A stretch of DNA of 64,000 nucleotides, taken from positions 10,773 through 74,772 of the forward strand of contig JASMDC010000016.1 in the NCBI GenBank assembly GCA_030753015.1, given 5' to 3'. The position numbers and the translations under genes were made by a program. Position 1 is the first letter of the stretch; each line of letters starts with the position of its first letter. Positions 46,575 to 57,600 of this stretch are shown piece after piece. Under the pieces are notes generated by a model that ran no database searches, had not been told where the DNA came from, and worked only from the letters and a program-made list of their open reading frames with translations. This DNA is from Candidatus Undinarchaeales archaeon. GTDB taxonomy: Archaea; SpSt-1190; JASMDC01.

Positions 46575-47315
46575 ATGTACGACCTTGATCCAGCCATTGA
46601 GCAAGAAGGCACCGACTTGGTAGCGGACGCCACCTACAAGGTGGACGACCTTACAATGATCTACGGCGTCACCCGGGGATTCCTCTTCAAGAAGAAGGCG
46701 TTCGAGGGAGAGAAGGTCCGCGACAATGTGGACAGCATCCGCGACTATTTCCTCGAGAACGGCCATGGAGAGCTCGCCATCACATCGTACATGTTCGAGA
46801 TCGAGTACGCCGATCGCACAAGCGTCATTGTCAAGGACGCGAGCAGCGGTTACGTCAACGTGATCGACAAGGACGCGGACCACAACGATGTAGGACACTA
46901 CGATCACCACACATCCACCTACTCATCGCCCACCGTGTGCTCGATCGATGACATAAAGGAGATCGTCGATTTCGAGGGCGCCAAGATAAAGGAGATGCAG
47001 ATCAAGTTCGACACGGCCGACGGACAGGTCCACGGGCAGACCGAGGTGCACGAGCACAGCTATATGAACGAAGCGTTGCTCGGGGTCGTGGAGCTCCAGG
47101 GAGCGGGCATCCTCGCCCTCACGGGCAATCCCATCATCGGTGGTCTTCTCGCAGCCGACGCTGCCCGTCGCGTCTACAACACATATTCCAAGAACCAGAA
47201 ACTCTACCTCCAGTTCGAGGAGACGGACGACCCCGAGATCGCGGCCATGCAGCAGCAGGTACGTGACGACCTGGGCGATAAAACCCTCAGGAACCTCTTC
47301 CTCAATACGATCTAG
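46575..47315 (+). CDS. Hypothetical acidic protein
   Basis: Long ORF with coding-like composition; hydrophobic Gly-rich segment near the C-terminus. Confidence 0.7.
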   Translation: MYDLDPAIEQEGTDLVADATYKVDDLTMIYGVTRGFLFKKKAFEGEKVRDNVDSIRDYFLENGHGELAITSYMFEIEYADRTSVIVKDASSGYVNVIDKDADHNDVGHYDHHTSTYSSPTVCSIDDIKEIVDFEGAKIKEMQIKFDTADGQVHGQTEVHEHSYMNEALLGVVELQGAGILALTGNPIIGGLLAADAARRVYNTYSKNQKLYLQFEETDDPEIAAMQQQVRDDLGDKTLRNLFLNTI

Positions 47316-47324
47316 GTGACGATA

Positions 47325-48368
47325 ATGACAATGTACATGGTCGAGCCCCAACTCATGGCGTCGGTGAACGTCATGATCCTGGACGATGCGGTCGGGGAGA
47401 TACGGGACCGTTACGGGGACGAGGCCATCAAGGCCGTGATGTTCTACGGCTCAAGGGTCAATGGGTACGAGAAATACGGCTCAGACCTCGACTGCTTTGT
47501 TGTCCTCAATGAGGGCTACGAGCAGGACGTCGGTATGGAGATTAGCTACGTGGACGACACCGAGCTCCACGTCATCGCCCATACACCCGAACGATTCGAG
47601 CGCAATCTCAAGGATTCTCTTGCCAAGACCTCGGAGCACATCAACACGACGGTGTTCAGGTACGATGCCCCCATCGGGAGCGAATACATCGCCCAGGTTG
47701 ACGCTGAGAACAAGCACGATCTTACCTGTGACATACTCGATGACATCGCCTACCTCGCGCGTGACGTCGAATCGGACACTCCCGTGTACTTCCATCGCAA
47801 TGATGTGGCCGACACGAAGCTCGTCCAGCACGTGCTCGCCCTACCCGTGCTCACCGAGCGTTTGGAGCGTGTGCGTGAACGGGGTAATCTCCCCTCGATG
47901 CTCGACAGCATCCGGGATTCGTACCAACCGGCCCTTGACCGACTTGAGGAGGAGGGTGTGGTACGCAAGGTCGAAGAGGGAGAGAATCCGCTCTATGAGT
48001 ACACCGGCCATAGGGGAGGTAGCATCTTCCACAATCCTATAATGAAGGGCTTCGGCCGTAAGATCGTCACACCCTTCCTCAACGTCTATCGGAGCATCGA
48101 GAAACGAGGCTCTGGTGATTTCACGATCGCGAACCTCGGACGCGCTCTCAAACACGGCCCACGCTATGTCGAGAGCATCCTGGAAGAGTCCGTCTTCAAT
48201 CTCGACTATGCAAAGAAGCATCGAGAGATACTCGTCCCGTACCAGGACGAGGGTCTCCTCTTCCAAGGGATGTCCGTCGACGACCTAATCGATGTGAACG
48301 ACAGGCTCCAAAGGCTTCGGCGTGAGCGGAACGCTCTCAAGGAGAAGATCCGCGGCGATCCTTGCTGA
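47325..48368 (+). CDS. Pol-beta-superfamily nucleotidyltransferase domain protein
   Basis: FYGSRVNG...SDLDCFVV (hGS...DxD). Start 47325 or 47331. Confidence 0.8.
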   Translation: MTMYMVEPQLMASVNVMILDDAVGEIRDRYGDEAIKAVMFYGSRVNGYEKYGSDLDCFVVLNEGYEQDVGMEISYVDDTELHVIAHTPERFERNLKDSLAKTSEHINTTVFRYDAPIGSEYIAQVDAENKHDLTCDILDDIAYLARDVESDTPVYFHRNDVADTKLVQHVLALPVLTERLERVRERGNLPSMLDSIRDSYQPALDRLEEEGVVRKVEEGENPLYEYTGHRGGSIFHNPIMKGFGRKIVTPFLNVYRSIEKRGSGDFTIANLGRALKHGPRYVESILEESVFNLDYAKKHREILVPYQDEGLLFQGMSVDDLIDVNDRLQRLRRERNALKEKIRGDPC

Positions 48369-48389
48369 TCGATGCGATAGTGAGGTCCC

Positions 48390-49172
48390 ATGTTCCGTGA
48401 GATGGTCCGACAGGAGACAGAATCACTCAGGGATGAGTACTCGGTCTTCGAGCTCCACTCTCATACGTACTGCTCGGACGGTCTCAGGAGCCCCGAGGCG
48501 GTAGTCCGAGAAGCTTATCTTCGTGGATTGTCCGGTATCGCCATCACTGACCACGACAACCTCGACGGTTACGAGCGTGCAGCAAAGGAGGCCGAGAAGT
48601 ACCCAGGGTTCATCGTTGTACCGGGAATGGAAGTGTCGACGACACAGGGGCACGTTCTCGCTCTGGGTGTGTACGAACCCATCGAGCCGGGGCGTTCATG
48701 GGCGGAGACCGTGGACGATATCCATGACAAGGGCGGTGTGGCCGTTCTCGCCCACCCCTATGTGTACGGTTCCGTGGCAGATGGACTGCTCGAATCCTAT
48801 GACGGTGAGGGATCCATTCCTTTCGACGCGATCGAGGCCTACAATGCCCGCTTGACCCTGCCTGTGAACGGTAACAAACGGGGAGAGGAACTTGTTGACG
48901 CTCTCGGCTACCCGTCCACAGGAGGTTCCGATGCCCACGAGCCCTGGGGTCTCGGCCTGGGGATGACACTGCTCCCGAAGGAAGTCGGCTCCATCGACGA
49001 TGTGCTCGACGCGATCAGGGAGGGTAGATGTGAACCGTACAGAACTCGGGAAAAGGAGAGTCTTTTCAACAAGTCCGTCTTCATGGCAGGCCGATATGGC
49101 GGCATTATACCCCATTTCCTGGTACGTCAGTGGCACAAGCTCGAAGGATTGGGTGACGACCGGCAGGAGTAG
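48390..49172 (+). CDS. PHP-domain phosphoesterase
   Basis: LHSHT..SDG, AITDHD, PGMEVST..GH, LAHP, GGSDAH. Confidence 0.92.
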   Translation: MFREMVRQETESLRDEYSVFELHSHTYCSDGLRSPEAVVREAYLRGLSGIAITDHDNLDGYERAAKEAEKYPGFIVVPGMEVSTTQGHVLALGVYEPIEPGRSWAETVDDIHDKGGVAVLAHPYVYGSVADGLLESYDGEGSIPFDAIEAYNARLTLPVNGNKRGEELVDALGYPSTGGSDAHEPWGLGLGMTLLPKEVGSIDDVLDAIREGRCEPYRTREKESLFNKSVFMAGRYGGIIPHFLVRQWHKLEGLGDDRQE

Positions 49173-49276
49173 CCCCCTCTGTGCACCATTTTGACACGTC
49201 GAACGCCCTAGGGAACATTTAAATAGCGGCCAGGCCCGCCGACAGTCACACAAAAGTAGTAACATAGGCGATTACC

Positions 49277-50278
49277 ATGTACGATCTCGACCGGGAACCG
49301 ACAATGGATGCGGGCGACCTCACATATGCGGGGTACTTCGCAGGCATAAAGGATCCTGTCGAAAGGGACTCGGCTCTCGCCGGCTACATCAAGAAGGAAG
49401 GGCTCTATGGCAGCCCCAAGAATGGCGGCGGTATGAGCACGACCCTCCTCTGTGCGTTCACACGCTATCTCCCGACGAGCTGGCAGGACGCCTGCCTCAA
49501 CGGCGCCGAGAAGTTGGCCACGTACATCGATAACAAGCGGGAGGCCACGTCATCGAGCGGATCCTCGGGATCGCCCCTGGACGACATAGATATCCCCCAG
49601 GACTACATCATGGTCTTCCAGGCCTCGTACAACATCCCTAGCGGCGCCAAGGTTGAGAAGTCCTTCACCAAGACCCACAAGATCATCAACTACAAGGGCA
49701 CTCGAATGGGCCTCGTGGCGGCTCCCCGGGGCCAGGAGGAGACCGCGATCCTCACGGACGCGCTCTGCAGGGGCGGTGCGCGTAATTTCTACTACATCGG
49801 CTCGGCCGGAGGTATCAGTGATCAGGTGAAACCCGGCGAGCTGTTCTACACCGAGGGCGAGGTCGGGACCCAGTCACCGATCCCCGACATCTACCAGTCC
49901 GATACGCATGTGAGCCAAGAGCTCAACCGCGCGCTACTGGACGCGTCCAACCAGCTCGATATAAAGCTCAACTACGGCCGGGTATACGACGCCAGCGGGT
50001 TCATCCGAGAGGAGACGCCGGAGCATGTGGACCAGCTCCTCGAACAGGGATACGACGCCATCGAGATGGAGCTGGGTGCAATCACGTCCGTCGCCAACAG
50101 CTACGGTGGCGGTGCGACGGGCATCATGCGCGTGCTCGACCACCTCCGGGACGACGAGGGCGAAAGGCTGAACTCGGGCAAGATGGCACACTATGTCTCG
50201 TCCGTGCGAAATGCGGTCCTCGGCACACGTCTGGCCGCAGAAGCGATCCATATCAAGGACAAAGGGTCCGATGAATAG
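49277..50278 (+). CDS. Purine/uridine nucleoside phosphorylase-fold protein with N-terminal extension
   Basis: YIGSAGGI, FIREET, AIEMELGA, VLD. Confidence 0.75.
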   Translation: MYDLDREPTMDAGDLTYAGYFAGIKDPVERDSALAGYIKKEGLYGSPKNGGGMSTTLLCAFTRYLPTSWQDACLNGAEKLATYIDNKREATSSSGSSGSPLDDIDIPQDYIMVFQASYNIPSGAKVEKSFTKTHKIINYKGTRMGLVAAPRGQEETAILTDALCRGGARNFYYIGSAGGISDQVKPGELFYTEGEVGTQSPIPDIYQSDTHVSQELNRALLDASNQLDIKLNYGRVYDASGFIREETPEHVDQLLEQGYDAIEMELGAITSVANSYGGGATGIMRVLDHLRDDEGERLNSGKMAHYVSSVRNAVLGTRLAAEAIHIKDKGSDE

Positions 50279-50294
50279 GGACGGCACTCCCGGC

Positions 50295-51188
50295 TTATGC
50301 GGTCGTGACGATCGGATCGTCGAGCACGACGACCGTGTGTTCCGCCTGCGTCACGATACCGTTCCCATGCTCCTTGAGGATCGAATAGTTATGGAGCGCG
50401 CGTGATACCACCAATTGCTTGAGAGCTATCGTTGTCTGCGCAAGACCGAACCTCTTCACGAGCATTCGCCGTGCGAACGGCAAGGTCCGGTACTCTTTTA
50501 GCACGGTGTCCAAGATCTGGCGGGCAGTACGCATACGGACCTTTCCCGGGCCGACGATGCGGTAGATGTCCGATAAACTGCTGTCCCCGACCCGGCCCTC
50601 GCCATTGGTCGCGAAGGGTTCGATGGCGACGACCTCGCCTTTCTCGAGCACGGCGCTCCCAGAGCGTCTGACATTGTACACGGACTTGCCTGCATGGAGC
50701 TCCCATGAACGCATTGTGTGCCCCGTGAGGTTGATGATCGGTGAGAAGCCTGCATCACGGATGGTATCCTCGATGACCTTACCGACGTGCTCGAGGCGGA
50801 CCCCCGGCTGGACCAGTTCGATGGCGGCCCGGAGCGCTTCCCGAGAGGCGTTGACCATCGGAGTGTTATCATTAGTGCCCACCTCGACCGTCGTCGCGGT
50901 GTCAGCAATGCAACCGTCGACATGTGCACCCAGGTCGAGCTTGACGACCTGTCCACGCTCGAACACCTTCGGATCGTCAGGGATCGGCGTGTAGTGAGCG
51001 GCGATGGCGTCGATCGAGATGTTCATCGGGAAGGCTACACCGGCACCGGAGTCCTTGATGATCCCCTCTGCCTCCGCGACCACATCCGCCAGCTTGACGC
51101 CCTCGACCACGCGTCCGGCCGCTGCGTCCAGTGCCTTCCGTGCTATCACTCCGGCCCTGACGTACCTTTCCAGTGTCGTTTCATCCAT
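50295..51188 (-). CDS. map: Type II methionine aminopeptidase
   Basis: AFPMNIS, AAHYTP, KLDLGAHVDGCIADTA, NLTGH, AIEPFAT, QAEHT. Confidence 0.95.
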   Translation of the reverse strand: MDETTLERYVRAGVIARKALDAAAGRVVEGVKLADVVAEAEGIIKDSGAGVAFPMNISIDAIAAHYTPIPDDPKVFERGQVVKLDLGAHVDGCIADTATTVEVGTNDNTPMVNASREALRAAIELVQPGVRLEHVGKVIEDTIRDAGFSPIINLTGHTMRSWELHAGKSVYNVRRSGSAVLEKGEVVAIEPFATNGEGRVGDSSLSDIYRIVGPGKVRMRTARQILDTVLKEYRTLPFARRMLVKRFGLAQTTIALKQLVVSRALHNYSILKEHGNGIVTQAEHTVVVLDDPIVTTA

Positions 51189-51757
51189 TCCCGGACCTCC
51201 GATGCAGCTGCGCCCTCCCTGAGGATGGTCCCGTTGACCAGGTCCACGACGGTGGAGGGTAGGTTCTCCCCACAGGGGCCGCCATCGATATAAATATCTA
51301 CCGCCGAGCCCAGTTGCCGCCGCGCTTCCTCGCACGTGGTCGCTGCGGACATCCCTGACTTGTTCGCTGATGTGGCGACGAGAGGGCCTGCCCGCCGGAC
51401 CAGTTCGAGAGCAAGAGGATGGTCAGGGACCCGGACAGCAATCGTGGTCCCTCCTGCGGTCACCCGGTCCGGGACGATGTCGGTACGCGGCAGCACTACC
51501 GTGACGGCACCGGGGAGCAGGCCCTCGAGGGTATCGACGTTCACGAGCATTGCATAGCGTGCGATGTCCTCCACTCGGTGGACAGCTATGGACATGGGCT
51601 TGCCCTCTTCGCGTCCCTTGGCCTCGTACACCCTCTCCACCGCGTCATCGTCCAGAACGCAGCCGATACCGTACACTGTATCGGTGGGGTATACGACCAC
51701 GGCACCGGCGCGGATGCGGGCCACAATCTTGTCCGTTATCGCTCCAACCTCGCTCAT
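51146..51757 (-). CDS. sua5: L-threonylcarbamoyladenylate synthase (Sua5/YrdC domain only)
   Basis: YPTDTVYG, KGR..KP, VRVPD, TSANKSG, STVVD. Confidence 0.9.
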   Translation of the reverse strand: MSEVGAITDKIVARIRAGAVVVYPTDTVYGIGCVLDDDAVERVYEAKGREEGKPMSIAVHRVEDIARYAMLVNVDTLEGLLPGAVTVVLPRTDIVPDRVTAGGTTIAVRVPDHPLALELVRRAGPLVATSANKSGMSAATTCEEARRQLGSAVDIYIDGGPCGENLPSTVVDLVNGTILREGAAASEVREWMKRHWKGTSGPE

Positions 51758-51780
51758 CGCAGCATCTCATGTCAGCATTG

Positions 51781-52941
51781 TTAATAAATCCCTCGGCCGA
51801 GCAGTGATACGGCCACCGGCACCATTATGCACCCCATACAGAGCGACCGCTTGACGCCGATCGTCGGCGGTACGACACCAAGTGCCGTCGATGCTGCCAG
51901 AAGTGCAAGCCCTGCAGGACCGCACCTCCATGCAACTGCGAGTGTGACCAGAGAGACTATCGAAAGAGTGAGGATCCGGTAATCGAGCCTCCCCACTATA
52001 CGCACGAACTGGGAGAATATGGTAAGCGAGACCGCTGCAGCAAGGGACGCCGCGAGCACCATCGACACCAACGAAGTGCGGAACACGTCAGCCCCGGCAG
52101 CGGCCTCCTGAACAGCGATGGCCACTCCCGAGCGTGCCTTCCCGACGAGCGAGAGCGTGACCATGTTGAAGATGAAGTTGGCGGTGTTCACAGCCCCCAT
52201 AGAGACGAGGAGGGTCCGGTCGTTCCCGCCCACGAGCAGTGACGAGACAAGACAGGCTTGGGAGTTACCTACTCCTGGGACCATCCCGACGAGCGCACCG
52301 GAAAGGGTACCTGCAACAGTACCGCGGGTGACATCTCCCCAACCAACGCTCACCCCCCCGCTCGTCTCCTGGTGGGGCATGCCCCCCGCATCGACCAGCG
52401 AGAGGAGAAGTGTCGACACCCCGAACATCCCGGAAAGCATGGGGAATAGAGACTCCGGGACGTCACTTGCGACCTGCCCGAGGAACGCAGCGAGGAGCAG
52501 GACAGCTAACGCACCTCGTCGGTTCTGCTCCGTGAGGATCAGAACGAGGATCGTGCCCACGACCAGTACGGTCGCGATCCAGGGTCTGGCATAGAACGCT
52601 GGTACCACCATGAAGAACACAGGGAGGAGCAACAGTGAGAGTAGGAGGGCACTGAAACCGCCCACAACGGTGAGGAAGTATGCTTCGACAGCCCGCCCCT
52701 CGAGCGCGTACTTGTGGGCCGGTAGCACTGATAGCGCCGTAGCCTCGTCGGGGATGCCGAGGAGCACAGAGGGGATGAAATCGAGGAACGTGTGGACGGT
52801 GGCCATGGCCACGAGCACAGGTACGGCAGAATCACCTGCGAGCCGGTCGTTCACCATGAGCGAGACAAGGTTCACATGGATCCCTGGAACGAGCCCTGTG
52901 ACCGTTCCCAGGGCAAGCCCTAAGGCTATGGCCCAGAGCAC
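51781..52941 (-). CDS. TctA-like tripartite tricarboxylate transporter permease (archaeal DUF112)
   Basis: GLVPGIHVN, HTFLDFIPS, SVLPAH, GKARSG. Confidence 0.85.
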   Translation of the reverse strand: MLWAIALGLALGTVTGLVPGIHVNLVSLMVNDRLAGDSAVPVLVAMATVHTFLDFIPSVLLGIPDEATALSVLPAHKYALEGRAVEAYFLTVVGGFSALLLSLLLLPVFFMVVPAFYARPWIATVLVVGTILVLILTEQNRRGALAVLLLAAFLGQVASDVPESLFPMLSGMFGVSTLLLSLVDAGGMPHQETSGGVSVGWGDVTRGTVAGTLSGALVGMVPGVGNSQACLVSSLLVGGNDRTLLVSMGAVNTANFIFNMVTLSLVGKARSGVAIAVQEAAAGADVFRTSLVSMVLAASLAAAVSLTIFSQFVRIVGRLDYRILTLSIVSLVTLAVAWRCGPAGLALLAASTALGVVPPTIGVKRSLCMGCIMVPVAVSLLGRGIY

Positions 52942-53258
52942 CGCACATCACCTGCGACCACTTCCTTCTGCTTTCCCCTGATCCGGACTCGACCTTCCAA
53001 GGTCACGACCACGCCCGTGGAGATCATGCATCCTCCGTACTCGGCCACAACGGCCGCTTCACCGGTCGTATCCCGTAGGACGAATAGGAAGCCCGAACCC
53101 CGCTCACGGACCGAGGTCACGACACCATGCAGGCGCACAGGACCAGCATCCGGAAGATCCGCGATGGCGATGTCACGGGGGCCATCGAGCAGTACCACTG
53201 CACACAGTCCTACAAAGAAGGTCGTTGCAGCCAGCTTTAGGAGGAGCCGGTCGTCCAT
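52926..53258 (-). CDS. Membrane-anchored OB-fold protein
   Basis: N-terminal TM; VRLHGVV...LRDTTG...VTLEGRV. Confidence 0.7.
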   Translation of the reverse strand: MDDRLLLKLAATTFFVGLCAVVLLDGPRDIAIADLPDAGPVRLHGVVTSVRERGSGFLFVLRDTTGEAAVVAEYGGCMISTGVVVTLEGRVRIRGKQKEVVAGDVRCSGP

Positions 53259-53314
53259 GGCCAACGAGTGGGTCCCCTTTATTAAGTTGTTTAATGAGGA
53301 CCGAGAGTCGTACT

Positions 53315-54580
53315 ATGCCCAATTCGGCCATTGATCCTCCCGAGCTCGAACGTCGCGTCGGTATCCGCTGCTACCGCTCCTCAGTCCCCGGTATCGGAGG
53401 GAGCATCAAGACACAGCCCGAGGACTTCATGGTCTCCGAGGTGTCCGACATCCCGGCCGATCCCGAGGGCCCGCACGTGGTGTTCACTCTACGCAAACGA
53501 CGTTGGGACACGATGGGCGCCCTCATCCGACTGGGACGGGAACTCGGGGTCGCGATGCAAGCCTTCGGGTTCGCGGGGAACAAGGACCGTCAGGCAGTGA
53601 CTGAGCAGAAGGTCTCGCTCATGGGTGTCGAACCGGACAAGCTCCTCGCCCTCAGCATCCCCGGTATCAAGGTGGTCGATGTATATCGGACACGGCGCAA
53701 GATCAAGCTCGGTATGCTCAGGGGTAACCGGTTCACCATCGTCCTACGCGATATCCCCGAGCCGGAGGGGCTTGGTGAACGCCTCGACACTATAGAAGAA
53801 CAGCTCGGAGGAGTTGCGCCCAACTACCTTGGCATCCAAAGGTTCGGCGCCTCCCGCCCCAACAACCACTTGGTGGGGAAAGCCCTCGTGAAGGGTGACC
53901 TAGAAGGAGCGCTTGCCGAGTTCCTATGGGCCGACCATCCCAACGAGGCCCCCCGGTCCCGGGAAGCACGGGCAGAACTGGCAAAGGACCGCGACTTTGA
54001 GGGCGCGCTCGAGAGATTCCCCTACGGCCTCACGTACGAACGGGCCATGCTACGTGAGCTCTCCCGCGGACGTCCCCCGGCAGCAGCGTTCAGGGTCATC
54101 CCCAAGAAGCTCCTTCGCCTACTGATACATGCATATCAAGGCCTTTTGTTCAATCGTATCCTCTCCCTGCGAATCGAGCAGGGCATGCCCTTGGACGAAC
54201 CGGTCAAAGGCGATATCCTCCTCATCGGATGGAAGACGATTCCAGTGGACGATGAGAACATCGACAGGCTCACCCGGATCTGTCATGCAGGAAAGGCATC
54301 CGTCTCGCTCCCATTACCGGGATCCAAGACTACCCTCGCCACCGGTGAGCCCGGAGAACTGGAGCGCAAGGTCATCGAGGAGGAAGGGACCGACCTCTCA
54401 CTGTTCTCATCCTGCATCTCGTCGTCGGAGGGTACGCGCCGGGCCGCGATAGTCCGGTACGAGGATCTCTCCAGCGAGCTAGATCCCGATGAGCGCACTG
54501 TGACCCTCAAGTTCTTCCTGACCAAGGGGGCGTACGCGACCAACGTTGTGCGCGAGTTCATTAAGGGGCCGGTATGGTAG
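53315..54580 (+). CDS. truD: tRNA pseudouridine(13) synthase
   Basis: PEDFMVSE, AGNKDRQAVTEQ, GNRFTI, NYLGIQRFG, GAYATNVVRE. Confidence 0.95.
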   Translation: MPNSAIDPPELERRVGIRCYRSSVPGIGGSIKTQPEDFMVSEVSDIPADPEGPHVVFTLRKRRWDTMGALIRLGRELGVAMQAFGFAGNKDRQAVTEQKVSLMGVEPDKLLALSIPGIKVVDVYRTRRKIKLGMLRGNRFTIVLRDIPEPEGLGERLDTIEEQLGGVAPNYLGIQRFGASRPNNHLVGKALVKGDLEGALAEFLWADHPNEAPRSREARAELAKDRDFEGALERFPYGLTYERAMLRELSRGRPPAAAFRVIPKKLLRLLIHAYQGLLFNRILSLRIEQGMPLDEPVKGDILLIGWKTIPVDDENIDRLTRICHAGKASVSLPLPGSKTTLATGEPGELERKVIEEEGTDLSLFSSCISSSEGTRRAAIVRYEDLSSELDPDERTVTLKFFLTKGAYATNVVREFIKGPVW

Positions 54581-54644
54581 CTGGCTTGCGGTCCGGCGAG
54601 CTCTGCACAAAAACGTAAAAAGCACGCGTGTCTAATGAGTCCCT

Positions 54645-57600
54645 ATGCGTAGATGGACGGCGGTGCTACTAGCGCTCGCACTGATGCTTGCGCCCGTCCT
54701 CGCAACGCTCACTGTGAGCAATCCTAAGCTCTATAACGTAGGCGACGAGGCCACCGTCATCACCTTCGATGCAGATGGCGTCGTGCTCCCCATCCCGGGC
54801 GCCTCGCCCGAGCTGTGCACGATCGAAGGCGACCTTTGTCATTTCATTGACTACAGCACTCGACTGGTCCTCGCCGGTACACGTGCCATGATGCTCCCGG
54901 GGCAAGGATCGGTCATCGAGGGGATCACGCTCATAGCCACCCCGTCCTGTCCCAACGTGACAATCTCGCTTGACTTCGGTGAAGGTGTCAAGGACACAGT
55001 AATCCTCGACTACGATGCAGGTCAGGGACGGGTCGTGCGCAACGTCACGCTCGAACCCGTGGAGGGAGGATGCACGGCCGCCGCCGTCACGCTCAACGTC
55101 AATGAGACTACTCCGCTCCTTTCTTCCACTGGGAAGACCATGGCCGCCTGGCTCCCGGGAGTGCGGGACAGTGTACCCGCGACCATCCAGGTCGGGATGC
55201 GAGCGGGGAGCGAATCCATCTATCATAATTTCGTCGGCCCATATGCTGTGCTACCTTCCTCGGAACCTGCCAAGGCGATCTGTCTCACCTCGGTGGCAGA
55301 GCCCACGCTCGCCGTGAACCTCACCATGGACCCGACGCCCGAACGTGCCCTTCTCCTTATCAGTAGCCCTGACCGCTCCAGGCTCCATCAGGTTGAGAAC
55401 GACAACGTCACACATGAGAGGCACTGGGACTGCACGCTCCCTGTGAGGGTACGCTACATCGCCACTTCACCCACCCGGTTCGCTGTAGGCGACGTGGAGG
55501 CCGTGTCCGAACCCTTCTACCTTGTGTCCGCATCCGGTGTCCAGACGGCAAGCTCAGCGCTCTTCGACGGCAAGGCGATCAACCTCACCATCGAACGTGA
55601 TACCGGCGCTTTCTCGAACCTTGTCGCCCAGGTACGCGTCACACGAAAGGACACTCTCCAGTCCCGCGGGGCGCTCGAAAAGACTTGCACATGCACCGAC
55701 CCCCCATGCACATGCACGTTCCATGCACCCGTGACGGGGAGCGGTGAACGCGACATCTGGATCAATGCGACTGACAATACCGCATCAATGCTGATCACCT
55801 TTACCTACACCGAGGCCCCTGCAGAAGTGAACGTCTCCATCGAATCCGTCGATCCGACGGAGCGCAATCGAATCTGGATGTACGCCAACGTGAGCTCGAA
55901 CTACCACATCGACAGCTGCACACTACGAATGACAACGCCTGCAGGAGCCGACCTCGAGGACGAGACCATGGACCTGGACCTCGAGGAATGGCAGCGGACC
56001 GGGCTCGCAAAGGTCAGGGCAGACCTACCGGAGAGCGGTGAGCACAACGCGTTAATAACGTGCTCTGATATCGACGGGAAGACTGGCGAGGGCCGCATCA
56101 CCATCGTTCGGGACACAGATCCCCCCACGACCAACATCAGAGACATGACCATCCCGTCCGGGACCTTCGCACTTAACTTGAACATTACAGATCCCTATGC
56201 AGGACCGCGCGACTGTGGGCTGGACATCGACGGCGTTTCGAAGAAGTGGCGGGATGCAAGGAACGGCACGGTCGGCTGGGAGCTGGAGCTCGATCCCGCG
56301 AACCATACCGTTCGCATCTGCTGCAGGGATAAGCTTGAGAACTTTGGATGCTCGTTCGCCTACCTCGTCGCTTACGTCGCGGCAACGCCCACACCGACAC
56401 CCATCCCCACACCGGAGGCCACGCCCAACGCCACCGCTACGCCGACTCCGAACGCTACGACGACGCCAGCACCGACTCCCAACGCTACCACCACACCTGC
56501 GCCGACACCGAACGCTACAGCGACACCCGCGCCGACACCGAACGCCACTGCAACGCCTACTCCAGGTCCCGATGTTACCGCATCGGTGGCACCTACACCC
56601 ACGCCAACACCGCCGCCCGACCCACAGCTCCAAGAGGCCCAGGATAAGCTCGAGGTGCTCCGTGCTATCATCGAGCATGTGGACAGCCAGTACAAGAGGG
56701 AGAAGCTCAATCTCACGGTAAGGCAGGTCGAGAGCATGATCAATCAAGGATCATACAAGGATGCCATGGAGCTGGCCGACCGTGCCATCCAGATGGCCAC
56801 CGATATAGACCGGACCGACTACAGCGCGACCGTCGCGGCCGTTGCTACCGAGGAGCCGAATCAGGTGATGCCTGGTCAGGTTGTGAGCGCCGCACCCATC
56901 GTCCTACGTGAGGACCCTCCCTGGATGCTCATCGCTGCAGTGTTCGTGGTCATTCTCTTCCTGTCCTCCATAATGCTCTATCGCCTCGTTGCCGGAGGCG
57001 AGGATGTGGGACCGGGATTGGAGCTCCCCCAGGATCCCACGCCGCCCCAGGGAGTGTATGACATGACAGGGTACATCTCCCAGCATGCAGCAGAGACCGC
57101 GGTTCCCGAGCAGGTCCAGCTCCCCCCTTCAGGTCCCACACCGTTGGAGTCGCTCTCCAAGGCCCTATCACCTCTCCCATCGAGCATCCATGATGCATCC
57201 TCAATGGGCCTCGATCAGGCCACTGTTGTGACCATGGCCAACTCCGCTCGCACCTATGCATCACGAGCGGGCGAGCTCGATACTGAGATGCAGCTCCGGG
57301 TGGGTAACGCCCTCTATCTTGCAGGGGATCCAGCGAGCGCCCTTGCGTGGTACGGGATGGTGCTCCAGAAGGACGAGAGTAACGTGCAGGCCATGCTCAA
57401 TGCCGGGAAGGCCTATGACGATACTGGCGACCCTGTACACTCCAAGCGATATTACAACCGTGTGTTGTCAACGGACCCGTTCAACACCATCGCCCTGGAG
57501 GGTCTGGCCGTGAGCTACAAGGCCGAAGGACTCGCTCATAAGGCCATCGAGCACTACGTCCGGCTCGCTGAGGTCGACCATTCACGTTTGGACGCCTGGC

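Noticed and set aside
47325-50278. CBASS or MNT-HEPN toxin-antitoxin assignment
   Set aside because: No recognisable CD-NTase features, Cap effectors or HEPN RxxxxH partner; only the generic NTase motif.
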